In this document: piece by piece, positions 38,126-46,126 of the stretch
Position numbering within the stretch: the first letter of the stretch is position 1
How the letters are laid out: every line of letters starts with the position of its first letter
From: Candidatus Sulfotelmatobacter kueseliae
GTDB taxonomy: Bacteria > Acidobacteriota > Terriglobia > Terriglobales > Acidobacteriaceae
Reading direction: 5' to 3'
DNA: 64,000 nt
Assembly: GCA_900290255.1 (NCBI GenBank)
Contig: OMOD01000122.1
Span: 14,314 to 78,313, forward strand
Notes under the pieces: model-generated
The model's input: only the letters and a program-made list of their open reading frames with translations
Database searches by the model: none
Told to the model about the DNA's origin: nothing
Translations under genes and position numbers: made by a program

Positions 38126-39018
38126 CAGAATACCTTCTCCGTCAAAAGCTGCAGCAGATATGCGCCGTAGCTGCTGTTCTTCATCGCGCTCGCGATCTGC
38201 TCCACCTGGGTTCGAGAGATGTAGCCGGAACGGTACGCGATCTCCTCCGGGCACGCCACCATCAATCCCTGCCGCTTTTCGATCGCCTGAATGTAGAGCG
38301 CGGCATCCATCAGCGACTCGTGCGTCCCGGTGTCGAGCCACGCCATACCACGCCCCATCACCACGACTCTCAGGTTTCCGCTTTTCAAGTAGGAGCGGTT
38401 GACGTCGGTGATCTCGAGTTCGCCGCGCGCGCTCGGTTTCAGCGATTTCGCGATCTTCACCACGTCAGAATCGTAGAAATAGAGCCCGGTAACGGCATAG
38501 CGCGACTTGGGCTGCTTCGGCTTCTCTTCGATGCTCAACGCCCGGCCTTCGGCGTCGAATTCCACTACGCCATAGCGCTCCGGGTCGTGCACCGGGTAGG
38601 CGAAAATGCGTGCCCCGCCGACGGTTTGCGCCGCCTCCCGCAAATCGCGGACCAGGTCATGCCCGTAAAAAATGTTATCGCCCAGAACCAGGGTACAGGG
38701 ACTGCCGGCAAGAAACTCTTCGTCCACGAGAAACGCCTGCGCGATCCCTTCGGGCTTGAGCTGCACCCGGTACTGCAAACGAATTCCGTACTGGCTGCCA
38801 TCGCCGAGCAGCGCCTGGAACTTGGGGACGTCGTCCGGAGTCGAGATGAGCAAGATGTCGCGAATCCCCGCCAGCATCAGCGTGCACAGCGGGTAATAAA
38901 CCATGGGTTTGTTGTAGACGGGAAGCAGGCTCTTGCCCATCGCCTGCGTAACCGGATACAGCCGTGTGCCCGATCCTCCCGCCAGAATGATGCCTTTGTA
39001 AGAAGACGTCTTGTTCAT
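38125..39018 (-). CDS. rfbA: Glucose-1-phosphate thymidylyltransferase
   Basis: [50 protein letters not shown]. Confidence 0.95.
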   Translation of the reverse strand: MNKTSSYKGIILAGGSGTRLYPVTQAMGKSLLPVYNKPMVYYPLCTLMLAGIRDILLISTPDDVPKFQALLGDGSQYGIRLQYRVQLKPEGIAQAFLVDEEFLAGSPCTLVLGDNIFYGHDLVRDLREAAQTVGGARIFAYPVHDPERYGVVEFDAEGRALSIEEKPKQPKSRYAVTGLYFYDSDVVKIAKSLKPSARGELEITDVNRSYLKSGNLRVVVMGRGMAWLDTGTHESLMDAALYIQAIEKRQGLMVACPEEIAYRSGYISRTQVEQIASAMKNSSYGAYLLQLLTEKVF

Positions 39019-39031
39019 GGTCAGCTGCGCT

Positions 39032-39613
39032 TTACACAGAGTAGTGTTTTGCGATCCATTGTCGATAGCTGCTGCTCGTCACGTCCCGCACCCAGGCTTC
39101 GTTTTCGAGATACCAGGCCACGGTCTTGCGGATCCCGCTCTCAAATGTTTCCGTGGCACACCACCTCAGTTCTCGCTCGATTTTACTTGCGTTCATGGCG
39201 TAGCGGCGATCGTGACCGGGACGGTCCTTCACGAAAGTAATCAACTTCCGATGCGGAACAGGGTCACCGGGCCGCAACTCGTCGAGCAGCTCACACACCT
39301 TGTTCACGATCTCCATGTTCTTCTTCTCGTTCCCACCGCCAATGTTATAGGTCTCGCCTGGCTGTCCCTTGGCCAGCACGGTGCGGATGGCATCACAGTG
39401 GTCTTCAACATAGATCCATTCACGCACATTCTGTCCGTCGCCGTAAGCCGAGAGCGGTTCTCCGTTGCAGGCATTCAAAATCATCAAGGGAATCAGCTTC
39501 TCAGGAAATTGATAGGGTCCATAGTTGTTGGAGCAGTTCGTCGTGAGCGTGGGTAGGCCGTAGGTGTGATGGTATCCCAGTCCGCGAAGTACGTCAGCGC
39601 TCTTAGACTTATT
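39032..39613 (-). pseudogene. rfbB: 5'-truncated dTDP-glucose 4,6-dehydratase (only the C-terminal ~193 codons remain)
   Basis: Reading up from ORF 39032..39487 in frame gives ...[46 protein letters not shown]..., typical of mid-RfbB. The frame is closed by TAG at 39616-39614. No Rossmann GxxGxxG region or catalytic Tyr is found upstream in any frame. Confidence 0.8.
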
Positions 39614-39689
39614 CTAAGCGCACGTGGGAGTCTTTCTGCATGATACCTTCTTGAATCCTCGGCAATACTTAAGCGCCTAAGTATCCTCA

Positions 39690-39705
39690 CCTATGTATAC
39701 ATAGG
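39690..39705. promoter_or_regulatory. Perfect 16-bp palindrome cctatgtatacatagg flanked by 11-nt direct repeats gcgcctaagta (39673-39683, 39705-39715)
   Basis: Exact self-complementary 16-mer, 71 nt upstream of ATG 39776, in the low-GC junction region. Confidence 0.35.
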
Positions 39706-39775
39706 CGCCTAAGTAAAAGTCAAGAACTTTTTTGGTTGATTTCGCCCATTCGGAAGATTAGCTTCTAGATCATCT

Positions 39776-39961
39776 ATGGCCAGGAAAAAGAATCCGAATG
39801 CCGTCGCCCTGGGAAAGCTGGGTGGTTCGAAGGGTGGCAAGATCCGGGCGGCCAAGTTAACTCCGGGAGAAAGAAGCGAGATTGCGCGCAAGGCTGTTCT
39901 GGCTCGGTGGGCCAAATCTAGGGAAAAAGCCCGGGAGCACGGCCCGCACGACGAAACCTGA
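39776..39961 (+). CDS. Small basic hypothetical protein (61 aa)
   Basis: MARKKNPNAVALGKLGGSKGGKIRAAKLTPGERSEIARKAVLARWAK... is a Lys/Arg-rich small ORF of a type common in soil bacteria. No function known to me. Confidence 0.4.
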   Translation: MARKKNPNAVALGKLGGSKGGKIRAAKLTPGERSEIARKAVLARWAKSREKAREHGPHDET

Positions 39962-40553
39962 TCGGCTGACATTCCCTCGAAATTGAGCAGAACCAACTTG
40001 GGTAGTTTCTCACCCGGCATCATCCGATTGTCTTGGTCTAAAACAGCCCGCTACCCACTTTCATGCCTTTTCTCACTTATCCTCGAGTGATAGGATAGAG
40101 GCGAATATAAGGCGAATATCGGATCGCGGCGAGGATTTAGCAGGAGATGGCAGCGACTAACTCGAGCAGGAGGCATATCCAATGCGGTTCAACTCGAAAA
40201 GCGACTGGCCCGGCTCGAAAAGCGCGTGGCGGAGAAGACAACCAGCTAGCCTGCTGAGGCTGGGAAAGGTCCTATCGATCAGTAGGAATAACAACTGACG
40301 GTGAGGGTCAAAACCAAAACATCGCATCTATTTGGAACGAATTGGGGCATGATTGCGCCAAACGCTGACGTTGTTAAACCAGTTATAAACTGCCGGTTAC
40401 GTTTGTAACCTGCAACGTATTCTTTAATTCGGACTATTCATTGTCCTATACTCGGTAGGTAGAACCCTTAATCCGAGTTTTCCTCGGTCGTCGCGAGGCA
40501 GGCAAAACATCGAGTTGAAATGCGCCGGGGCCAAAAGACCATGTCAAGAAACC

Positions 40554-40700
40554 TTAAGGCGCGGCTGGCAAGAGAAGGGACTGGCGAGTGATGAAGTATG
40601 CGTGATCTGAACACATCCATACCACCGCCTGGGCCACATCGGCCGGTCTTGCGAAACGACCAATAGGATGGCAACTCAGAGCGACATTGTGAACATAGCC
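40554..40700 (-). pseudogene. 3' fragment of an SDR gene, paralogous to the end of 31989-32765
   Basis: Translation [38 protein letters not shown]... aligns with [39 protein letters not shown].... At the DNA level 40612-40680 vs 32071-32139 is 64/69 identical by hand alignment. No N-terminal SDR part is present. Confidence 0.75.
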
Positions 40701-40766
40701 GAGAGAGTACTCAGTTGGGAGTAGCTGCACCCACCGCTCCAACAAAACACAGAGGAAACTTGCATT

Positions 40767-41018
40767 ATGGAAGAATTGTTGACCAAAGTGCGGACGGCCT
40801 TTCAATCAGCGTTCAGCATTGATCCGCAGACCGTTACTATTGACACTGTACCAAGCGACGTTCCGGCTTGGGACTCCATGGGACATGTCACGCTGGCTAG
40901 TAGCCTCGAACAAGCCTTCGGCTTGACTTTCGATGTAGACGACCTGATGGCGATGGAGGACGTGAAATCAATCTGCCGGGTCGTACAATCCAAGCTAGGT
41001 CAGGTTCAACGTGCGTAA
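40767..41018 (+). CDS. Acyl carrier protein
   Basis: 83 aa; DVPAWDSMGHVTLASSLEQAFGLTF contains the DSxx attachment motif. Confidence 0.8.
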   Translation: MEELLTKVRTAFQSAFSIDPQTVTIDTVPSDVPAWDSMGHVTLASSLEQAFGLTFDVDDLMAMEDVKSICRVVQSKLGQVQRA

Positions 41019-42507
41019 TGGTATTGAGGGGAACTTCGCGCGCTGTCTGGTTGAGCGTTTGGGAGAAACCTCCTGTTTGATTGACGCGGCAACTGGGCAG
41101 ACCGTTCCTAGTCATGATCTCCCCAATCTGATTGTCGGTTTCGCGGCCGGTCTCCGATCGGCCGGACTGGGGCCGGGTGACAGGATGTTGGTGGGTTGTC
41201 GCGTGAGTCCAGCCAGCACGTTGGCCTACCTCGGCGCCATGTACGCCGGAGTGGTACCCGTGCCGACAGAAGAGCGCCTGCTGTCCGCCTCCGGAGGTTT
41301 CCTGCTAGCTCAGTCGCAAGCTAAAGTCGTATGGACCGACAAAGGGACCAAGTGCGATTGGCTGAAGAGCCATAGCGTCTGTCACATCGAAGGAACTTTC
41401 GAGGCCTGTTCTCCCGACTCGCTCCCGCCGCACCCTTGCGCAGAGAATGATCTCGCCGTCTTGATGCCGACGTCAGGTTCTACAGGCGTGCCTAGGTTGG
41501 TCATGGTCGCTCATAGCAACTTGAAGTCCAATACGGAAGCGATCATTCGCAGCCAACGTCTAGGAACCGATGAAAGGGCCATGCTGATCATGCCGGTGAG
41601 TTATTGCTTCGGCGCCAGCGTGATGCACACTCACCTTTATCAAGGCGGCGGAGTCGTCTTTGATTCTCGGTTCATGTTTCCGGACAAGGTGCTGCACGCC
41701 ATCAACACCTATGGCTGCACGACGTTTGCTGGAGTTCCGGTCATTTACAACGTTTTGCTCCGGCGGTCGAATCTCAAGTCGATCCCCCTGCCTAGTCTGC
41801 GCCGTTTTCTTCAAGCCGGAGGTGCGCTTGCTCCTGAAAATGTGCGGGAGATGCGCCACATCGTACCCACCGCAGAATTTCTGGTCATGTATGGCCAGAC
41901 CGAAGCCACAGCACGGATTTCCTGTCTGCCCAAGGCTCGTTTACAGGAGAAGCTGGGGAGCGCGGGCATTCCACTGGACAATCTTGAGGTCCGCATCGTG
42001 GATGAGGAAGGACGGGAAGTACCGCAGGGGCAGATCGGGGAAATTCAAGTCCGAGGTCCGTCGGTGTGCTTCGGATACCTGGATGATCCCGAATCTACCG
42101 ACCGCAAGTTCGGCGGCGGCTGGCTTAAGACCGGCGATTTTGCCTGTTGCGATAAAGATGGATATCTTTGGATCAAAGGGCGCACGGACGAGTTCATCAA
42201 AATTCGTGGCGTTCGGGTAAGCGTTGGTGAAGTCGAGACCAAGGTGGCGGCCATGCCCGGCGTTAGCGAATGTGCGGCGGTGGCAGTGAAACATCCAGAG
42301 GCCGGTGAAGCCTTGGCGCTACTGATCGTTCCTGACAACAGCGCGACAGAGAGCGCGGTTGCTGAAAATCATGGGGATGACCTCGGCGATCGAATCCGGC
42401 GCGCACTTCCGCCGCACTGGACCTGCGCTTCCGTCAAGATAGTCGCTGAATTGCCGAGAACAACGAATGGCAAGATCGCCCGTTCTCAGTTGCAGACGTT
42501 GTTATGA
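41011..42507 (+). CDS. AMP-dependent synthetase/ligase
   Basis: VLMPTSGSTGVPRLVMVAHSNL, YGQTE, WLKTGDFA, GKIARSQL. GTG start overlaps the ACP stop. Confidence 0.9.
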   Translation: MRNGIEGNFARCLVERLGETSCLIDAATGQTVPSHDLPNLIVGFAAGLRSAGLGPGDRMLVGCRVSPASTLAYLGAMYAGVVPVPTEERLLSASGGFLLAQSQAKVVWTDKGTKCDWLKSHSVCHIEGTFEACSPDSLPPHPCAENDLAVLMPTSGSTGVPRLVMVAHSNLKSNTEAIIRSQRLGTDERAMLIMPVSYCFGASVMHTHLYQGGGVVFDSRFMFPDKVLHAINTYGCTTFAGVPVIYNVLLRRSNLKSIPLPSLRRFLQAGGALAPENVREMRHIVPTAEFLVMYGQTEATARISCLPKARLQEKLGSAGIPLDNLEVRIVDEEGREVPQGQIGEIQVRGPSVCFGYLDDPESTDRKFGGGWLKTGDFACCDKDGYLWIKGRTDEFIKIRGVRVSVGEVETKVAAMPGVSECAAVAVKHPEAGEALALLIVPDNSATESAVAENHGDDLGDRIRRALPPHWTCASVKIVAELPRTTNGKIARSQLQTLL

Positions 42508-43667
42508 GCCAACTGGCAGAGCCTCGGTTAGCAGAACTCGAGCAGGCTGTCGGAGCGTTGCTGGATAAGCCGCCATACGCGGTGCCTCCCAGCGAACGTC
42601 GCGAGGCCTTGCTTGCCCTGTTCAAGCAGGAACTGAGCTACGCCTGCGACCGCAGCCAGCAGTTCCGCAATTACGTGCGGCACTGGCCAATCAGCTTGTC
42701 GGCCGCAGATGCGGTTGCCGATCTTCCATATCTGCCGGTCAGTACGTTCAAGGCCAATCCACCGTTGAGCCTGGTCGAGACCCGCGACATCAAGCGTACT
42801 CTCTCCTCCAGCTCGACCAGTGGCCAGATTCCCAGCCGGGTGGTTCTGGACGCCGCCACAGGCCGGCGGATGACCAGGGGCGTGACGGCGATCATTCGCG
42901 ATTTCATCGGACCGGCGCGCAGGCCCTATCTGGTCATCGATATACCAGAGAACTTGAAACCACAGGTTGAGCTGGGTGCGCGAGGCGCTGCCATTCAAGG
43001 TCTTGGCTCTTTCGCCACGGAAACTGTGTGCTGCTTGCGCCGTGACGATGCAGCAGATTCGGTCCTCGAGCTGGAGAAGCTTCTTGCCTGCGCTGAGAAA
43101 TGGAGAGACAGCGCAGTCTTGGTGTATGGGTTCACGTATGTGATCTGGACCCAGTTCGTGCAGCCCCTGCAGCGCCAAGGCGTCACGCTGCGCATGCCCA
43201 ACGTCCACGTCCTACACAGCGGCGGATGGAAGCGGCTGGAGCAGCAGGCAGTGACGAAAGACGCGTTCATGCGCGGCGTGGCTTCGGTCTTTGCCTGCAG
43301 CGCAGACCGTGTCATCGATTACTACGGTATGGTGGAGAATGTGGGCGTCGTTTATCCAGATTGCGAGCACGGCCACAAGCATGTACCCACGTTCGCGGAG
43401 GTGATCATCCGCGATCCGCTGACACTCGCGCCCGTCGAAGCCGGGCAGCAAGGACTGGTTCAAGTCTGCAGCGTTCTGCCCACGAGTTTTCCCGGATTCC
43501 TGCTGCTGACCGACGACATGGCGGAACTGATCGGTCAGGATGGTTGCCCATGCGGACGGCGCGGCACGTATTTCCGCTTCACGCGGAGGGTGCCAAAGGT
43601 GGAGGTGCGAGGCTGCGGCAATCTGGAAACCACCCGCTCGCGGCAAGGGACAGGTGCGCATGAGTGA
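42504..43667 (+). CDS. LuxE-like acyl-protein synthetase family protein
   Basis: LPYLPVSTFKANPPLSLV, LSSSSTSGQIPSRVVLD, LHSGGWKRLE. The overall layout resembles the LuxE/F390-synthetase-like adenylate-forming family. ATGA overlap with the upstream gene. Confidence 0.7.
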   Translation: MSQLAEPRLAELEQAVGALLDKPPYAVPPSERREALLALFKQELSYACDRSQQFRNYVRHWPISLSAADAVADLPYLPVSTFKANPPLSLVETRDIKRTLSSSSTSGQIPSRVVLDAATGRRMTRGVTAIIRDFIGPARRPYLVIDIPENLKPQVELGARGAAIQGLGSFATETVCCLRRDDAADSVLELEKLLACAEKWRDSAVLVYGFTYVIWTQFVQPLQRQGVTLRMPNVHVLHSGGWKRLEQQAVTKDAFMRGVASVFACSADRVIDYYGMVENVGVVYPDCEHGHKHVPTFAEVIIRDPLTLAPVEAGQQGLVQVCSVLPTSFPGFLLLTDDMAELIGQDGCPCGRRGTYFRFTRRVPKVEVRGCGNLETTRSRQGTGAHE

Positions 43668-44916
43668 TGTGATCCATTCGATTACCTCACCTGAGGAGAT
43701 CAACCGCGCGGCGCGGCAACTGCGGGAAACCGCGCTCGAAGCGGATCTCAGCCCTGACGTGGTGCTTGAAGTTTTCGAGCGGTGGTCTGCTGCCTTGGAT
43801 GCGCCAGGCCTGCGCGACGTTCCTGGTGCGGCCTTTCTCCGTCTCTGGCTCCGGCGCGGCACGTTGCAGCCGATTTTGCTCCGCGAGCTGGGCCCAGAAT
43901 CACTTCATGGTGGATGGCGGGAGGAAGGGCATGCCCGGCTGAAAGCATTTCCTCTGGGAGTAGTCGGTCACTGGCCGGCCGGGAACATTGAGATCCAGCC
44001 CGTCCTGTCTCTCACGTGTGCCTTGCTCGGCGGGAATGGCTGCTTGGTGCGGGTACCGAGCGGGTTGGTCGAGACAACGCGCCTGATCTTGGAAAAGCTG
44101 CTAGAGGTTGATCAGGCGGGTCTATTGACCAAGCGCCTATTCCTAGCCAGCTTCGATCATGCACGCACCGATTTGCACGCGGCCATAGCGCAGACCGTAG
44201 ACGGCGCTATGATCTGGGGTGGTGCCGAGTCAGTCTCGGAGGTGCGAGCGTTGCCCTTTCCTCACTGGGCGCGCGTGGTGGTCTTTGGTCCACGGCTCTC
44301 GGTGGCGGCGATGGATGCGGGCGCATGGGGCTGCCGGAACGAGCGGCCGTCGTGGTGCCGGCGCATCGCACGCGACGTGTGGCAGTTTGAGCAGCAAGCC
44401 TGTTCCTCGCCGCAGACGTTGTTTCTCGAGCGCGGCGACGACTGCGATCCCGGCGAGTTTGTCGAAGATCTGAAGTGCGCTTTTCAGGAGGAGAACCGAG
44501 CACATCCGCGGCGGGAAATCGAACCGGCGTTGACCTCGGCAATCTGCCAGGCCCGCGCGTCCTGGCTCTTAGATGATGCCGCGAATCGTGCGTGGTTTCC
44601 CGGGTCGCCCGATTGGACGATCTTACTAGGGAAAGGAGTGGACATACCTGAGCCGACGCAAGGCCGAACGCTCAGCGTGCTGGTCGCGGAGGACCTTATG
44701 GAGGTGGTCTCGCGATTCGATGGGACCGTGCAGACGCTGGGGTTGGCGATCAAGGACGCGGCGCGGGAGGAAACGCTAGCTGCGGCTGCAGGACGTCACG
44801 GAGTGGACAGGGTGGTGCGGCTTGGCCAGATGCATGTTTTCGGCTCCCCGTGGGACGGGGTAGATTTGGTGCGGCCGATGGTGCGTCTGGTTCGGCATGT
44901 GTGTTCGCAGGATTAG
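43660..44916 (+). CDS. LuxC-like acyl-CoA/acyl-ACP reductase family protein
   Basis: ORF 43540..44916; ATG 43660 overlaps the upstream stop by 8 nt. FPLGVVGHWPAGNIEIQPVLSLTCALLGGNGCLVRVPSG and EQQACSSPQTLFL resemble the LuxC (aldehyde-dehydrogenase-like) family. Confidence 0.7.
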   Translation: MSDVIHSITSPEEINRAARQLRETALEADLSPDVVLEVFERWSAALDAPGLRDVPGAAFLRLWLRRGTLQPILLRELGPESLHGGWREEGHARLKAFPLGVVGHWPAGNIEIQPVLSLTCALLGGNGCLVRVPSGLVETTRLILEKLLEVDQAGLLTKRLFLASFDHARTDLHAAIAQTVDGAMIWGGAESVSEVRALPFPHWARVVVFGPRLSVAAMDAGAWGCRNERPSWCRRIARDVWQFEQQACSSPQTLFLERGDDCDPGEFVEDLKCAFQEENRAHPRREIEPALTSAICQARASWLLDDAANRAWFPGSPDWTILLGKGVDIPEPTQGRTLSVLVAEDLMEVVSRFDGTVQTLGLAIKDAAREETLAAAAGRHGVDRVVRLGQMHVFGSPWDGVDLVRPMVRLVRHVCSQD

Positions 44917-44940
44917 AGCTGGAGTGGGAGAGAAGTCCAG

Positions 44941-45840
44941 ATGAATCATGCAGAACTTTTCCTGGAAGCCTTGGATCGAAAGGCCAAGATCTTTGCCCCC
45001 AATGCCCGCGCCACATTCGAAGCCAACCGGGAGCTGTGCTCGTGGTTGCTGAGTCCGCTGGCACGGTGGGCTGAGGCAGCTTACGGGAGCAACGTATTTG
45101 ACGAGGCCGCACGCGGCTACGCCGAATATTGCTTCGGCGTGGCCAAGGCCAAGCAGGTTTACGAACGCGCCGGCAGATACACTCCCGAAGCCATGCCGGA
45201 AATCATGTCCGGGGTCTATGAGCATGAGGGCTACATGATTCCGTACATGTGGGCAGCAATTCTCATCTATCCGTTTTGGCCGTCGATGGTCAGCCATATT
45301 GCGCTATTCCGCGACGAGTTCGTGCGGCGGTTACCCCGAAATGCCAGTGTGCTCGAGCTGGCCTGTGGCCATGGCGTGTTAAGTCTTCTGGCTGCCGAGG
45401 AGCGCCCGGACATTCAGGTCGAAGGTACCGATATCAGCGCACCCGCCGTGGCCGTAGCCAATCGCCTGCTGGCTGTTTCCCGACACGCGGGCCGCGTTCG
45501 CTTCGCAGTCCAGGACGCACTGCAACCCGACAACCAAGGCGGGAACGGAAAATGCCAGGGCGTGATCTCCGCCATGCTGGCCGAGCACCTGATGGATCCA
45601 AAGCCGCTGTTTGCGACGATGGGGCGGCGCGTCGCGCCGGAAGGACTGGTATTCTTCAGTACAGCTCTGGAGTCGCCGCAGCGGGACCACGTGTTTGAAT
45701 ACAACCACGAGAGCCAGCCTCTGCAGATGGCCGAGATTGCTGGGCTGCGGGTGACCCGGCTCGTATCCGATGCCAGTGCAATACCCACCGGATCACGCTT
45801 CCTGCCCCGGGCCACGGCCATGATTCTGAAGTCTCGCTGA
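44941..45840 (+). CDS. Class I SAM-dependent methyltransferase
   Basis: VLELACGHGVLSLL (motif I), DISAPAV, a Rossmann-type layout. Confidence 0.75.
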   Translation: MNHAELFLEALDRKAKIFAPNARATFEANRELCSWLLSPLARWAEAAYGSNVFDEAARGYAEYCFGVAKAKQVYERAGRYTPEAMPEIMSGVYEHEGYMIPYMWAAILIYPFWPSMVSHIALFRDEFVRRLPRNASVLELACGHGVLSLLAAEERPDIQVEGTDISAPAVAVANRLLAVSRHAGRVRFAVQDALQPDNQGGNGKCQGVISAMLAEHLMDPKPLFATMGRRVAPEGLVFFSTALESPQRDHVFEYNHESQPLQMAEIAGLRVTRLVSDASAIPTGSRFLPRATAMILKSR

Positions 45841-46126
45841 TTAGACAACCCAGACAGGCGTTACAGCCACCCTCAAACAAGGCCTGTGCCGCACTACCAG
45901 CGGCAGGCCAATCCCTATCTGACCTCCACTATTTCCGAGTACTTCTCCCGAAGATGCGATTGTCGTGGATGAATCAACGACCTCGGGGCGGAAGATGGCG
46001 GCAGCCATGAAATGGGTTTGGATCGAAATCGAGGGCACAATGCCGTTCTCTTCACGTCGGTAGCGGTTAGCGGCGAAACGTTCTCCGCCGAGCTACGCCG
46101 CCGCATCGGCGTCAGGTTCCACGGGC

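Noticed and set aside
37544-38341. The 265-aa version of the rfbC ORF, which extends 72 codons upstream into rfbA.
   Set aside because: The extension overlaps rfbA and has no RfbC similarity. The ATG at 38125-38123 gives a normal-length epimerase and a TGATG coupling overlap with the rfbA stop.
39620-39660. Possible relic of the RfbB HxAAESHVDRS motif (minus-strand reading YHAE / KDSHVR just upstream of the truncation point), which would indicate an internal deletion rather than a 5' truncation.
   Set aside because: The match is only 5-6 residues, requires a frame change and has no supporting flanking similarity. It is too weak to claim.
40147-40255. Short ORF or coiled-coil-like reading (QLEKRLARLEKRVAEKTTS) in the junction region.
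   Set aside because: The favourable frame has no start codon with an RBS, it is very short, and it could arise by chance.
39614-40766. Insertion sequence, integrase or tRNA at the rfbB/SDR junction.
   Set aside because: No ORF with a DDE/transposase, tyrosine- or serine-recombinase motif, no terminal inverted repeats bracketing the segment, and no tRNA-like cloverleaf recognised. I therefore call it only a scar, not a mobile element.
43540-43659. Upstream extension of the LuxC-like ORF (start at 43540), and similar long N-terminal extensions of ORFs at 2351, 5165, 12663, 15398, 17641, 24842, 30548, 32877, 35932, 59120, 62548 and 63567.
   Set aside because: The extensions overlap the preceding gene or lack family similarity. 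Internal ATG/GTG codons with Shine-Dalgarno-like sequences give canonical N-termini. The exact starts remain uncertain.
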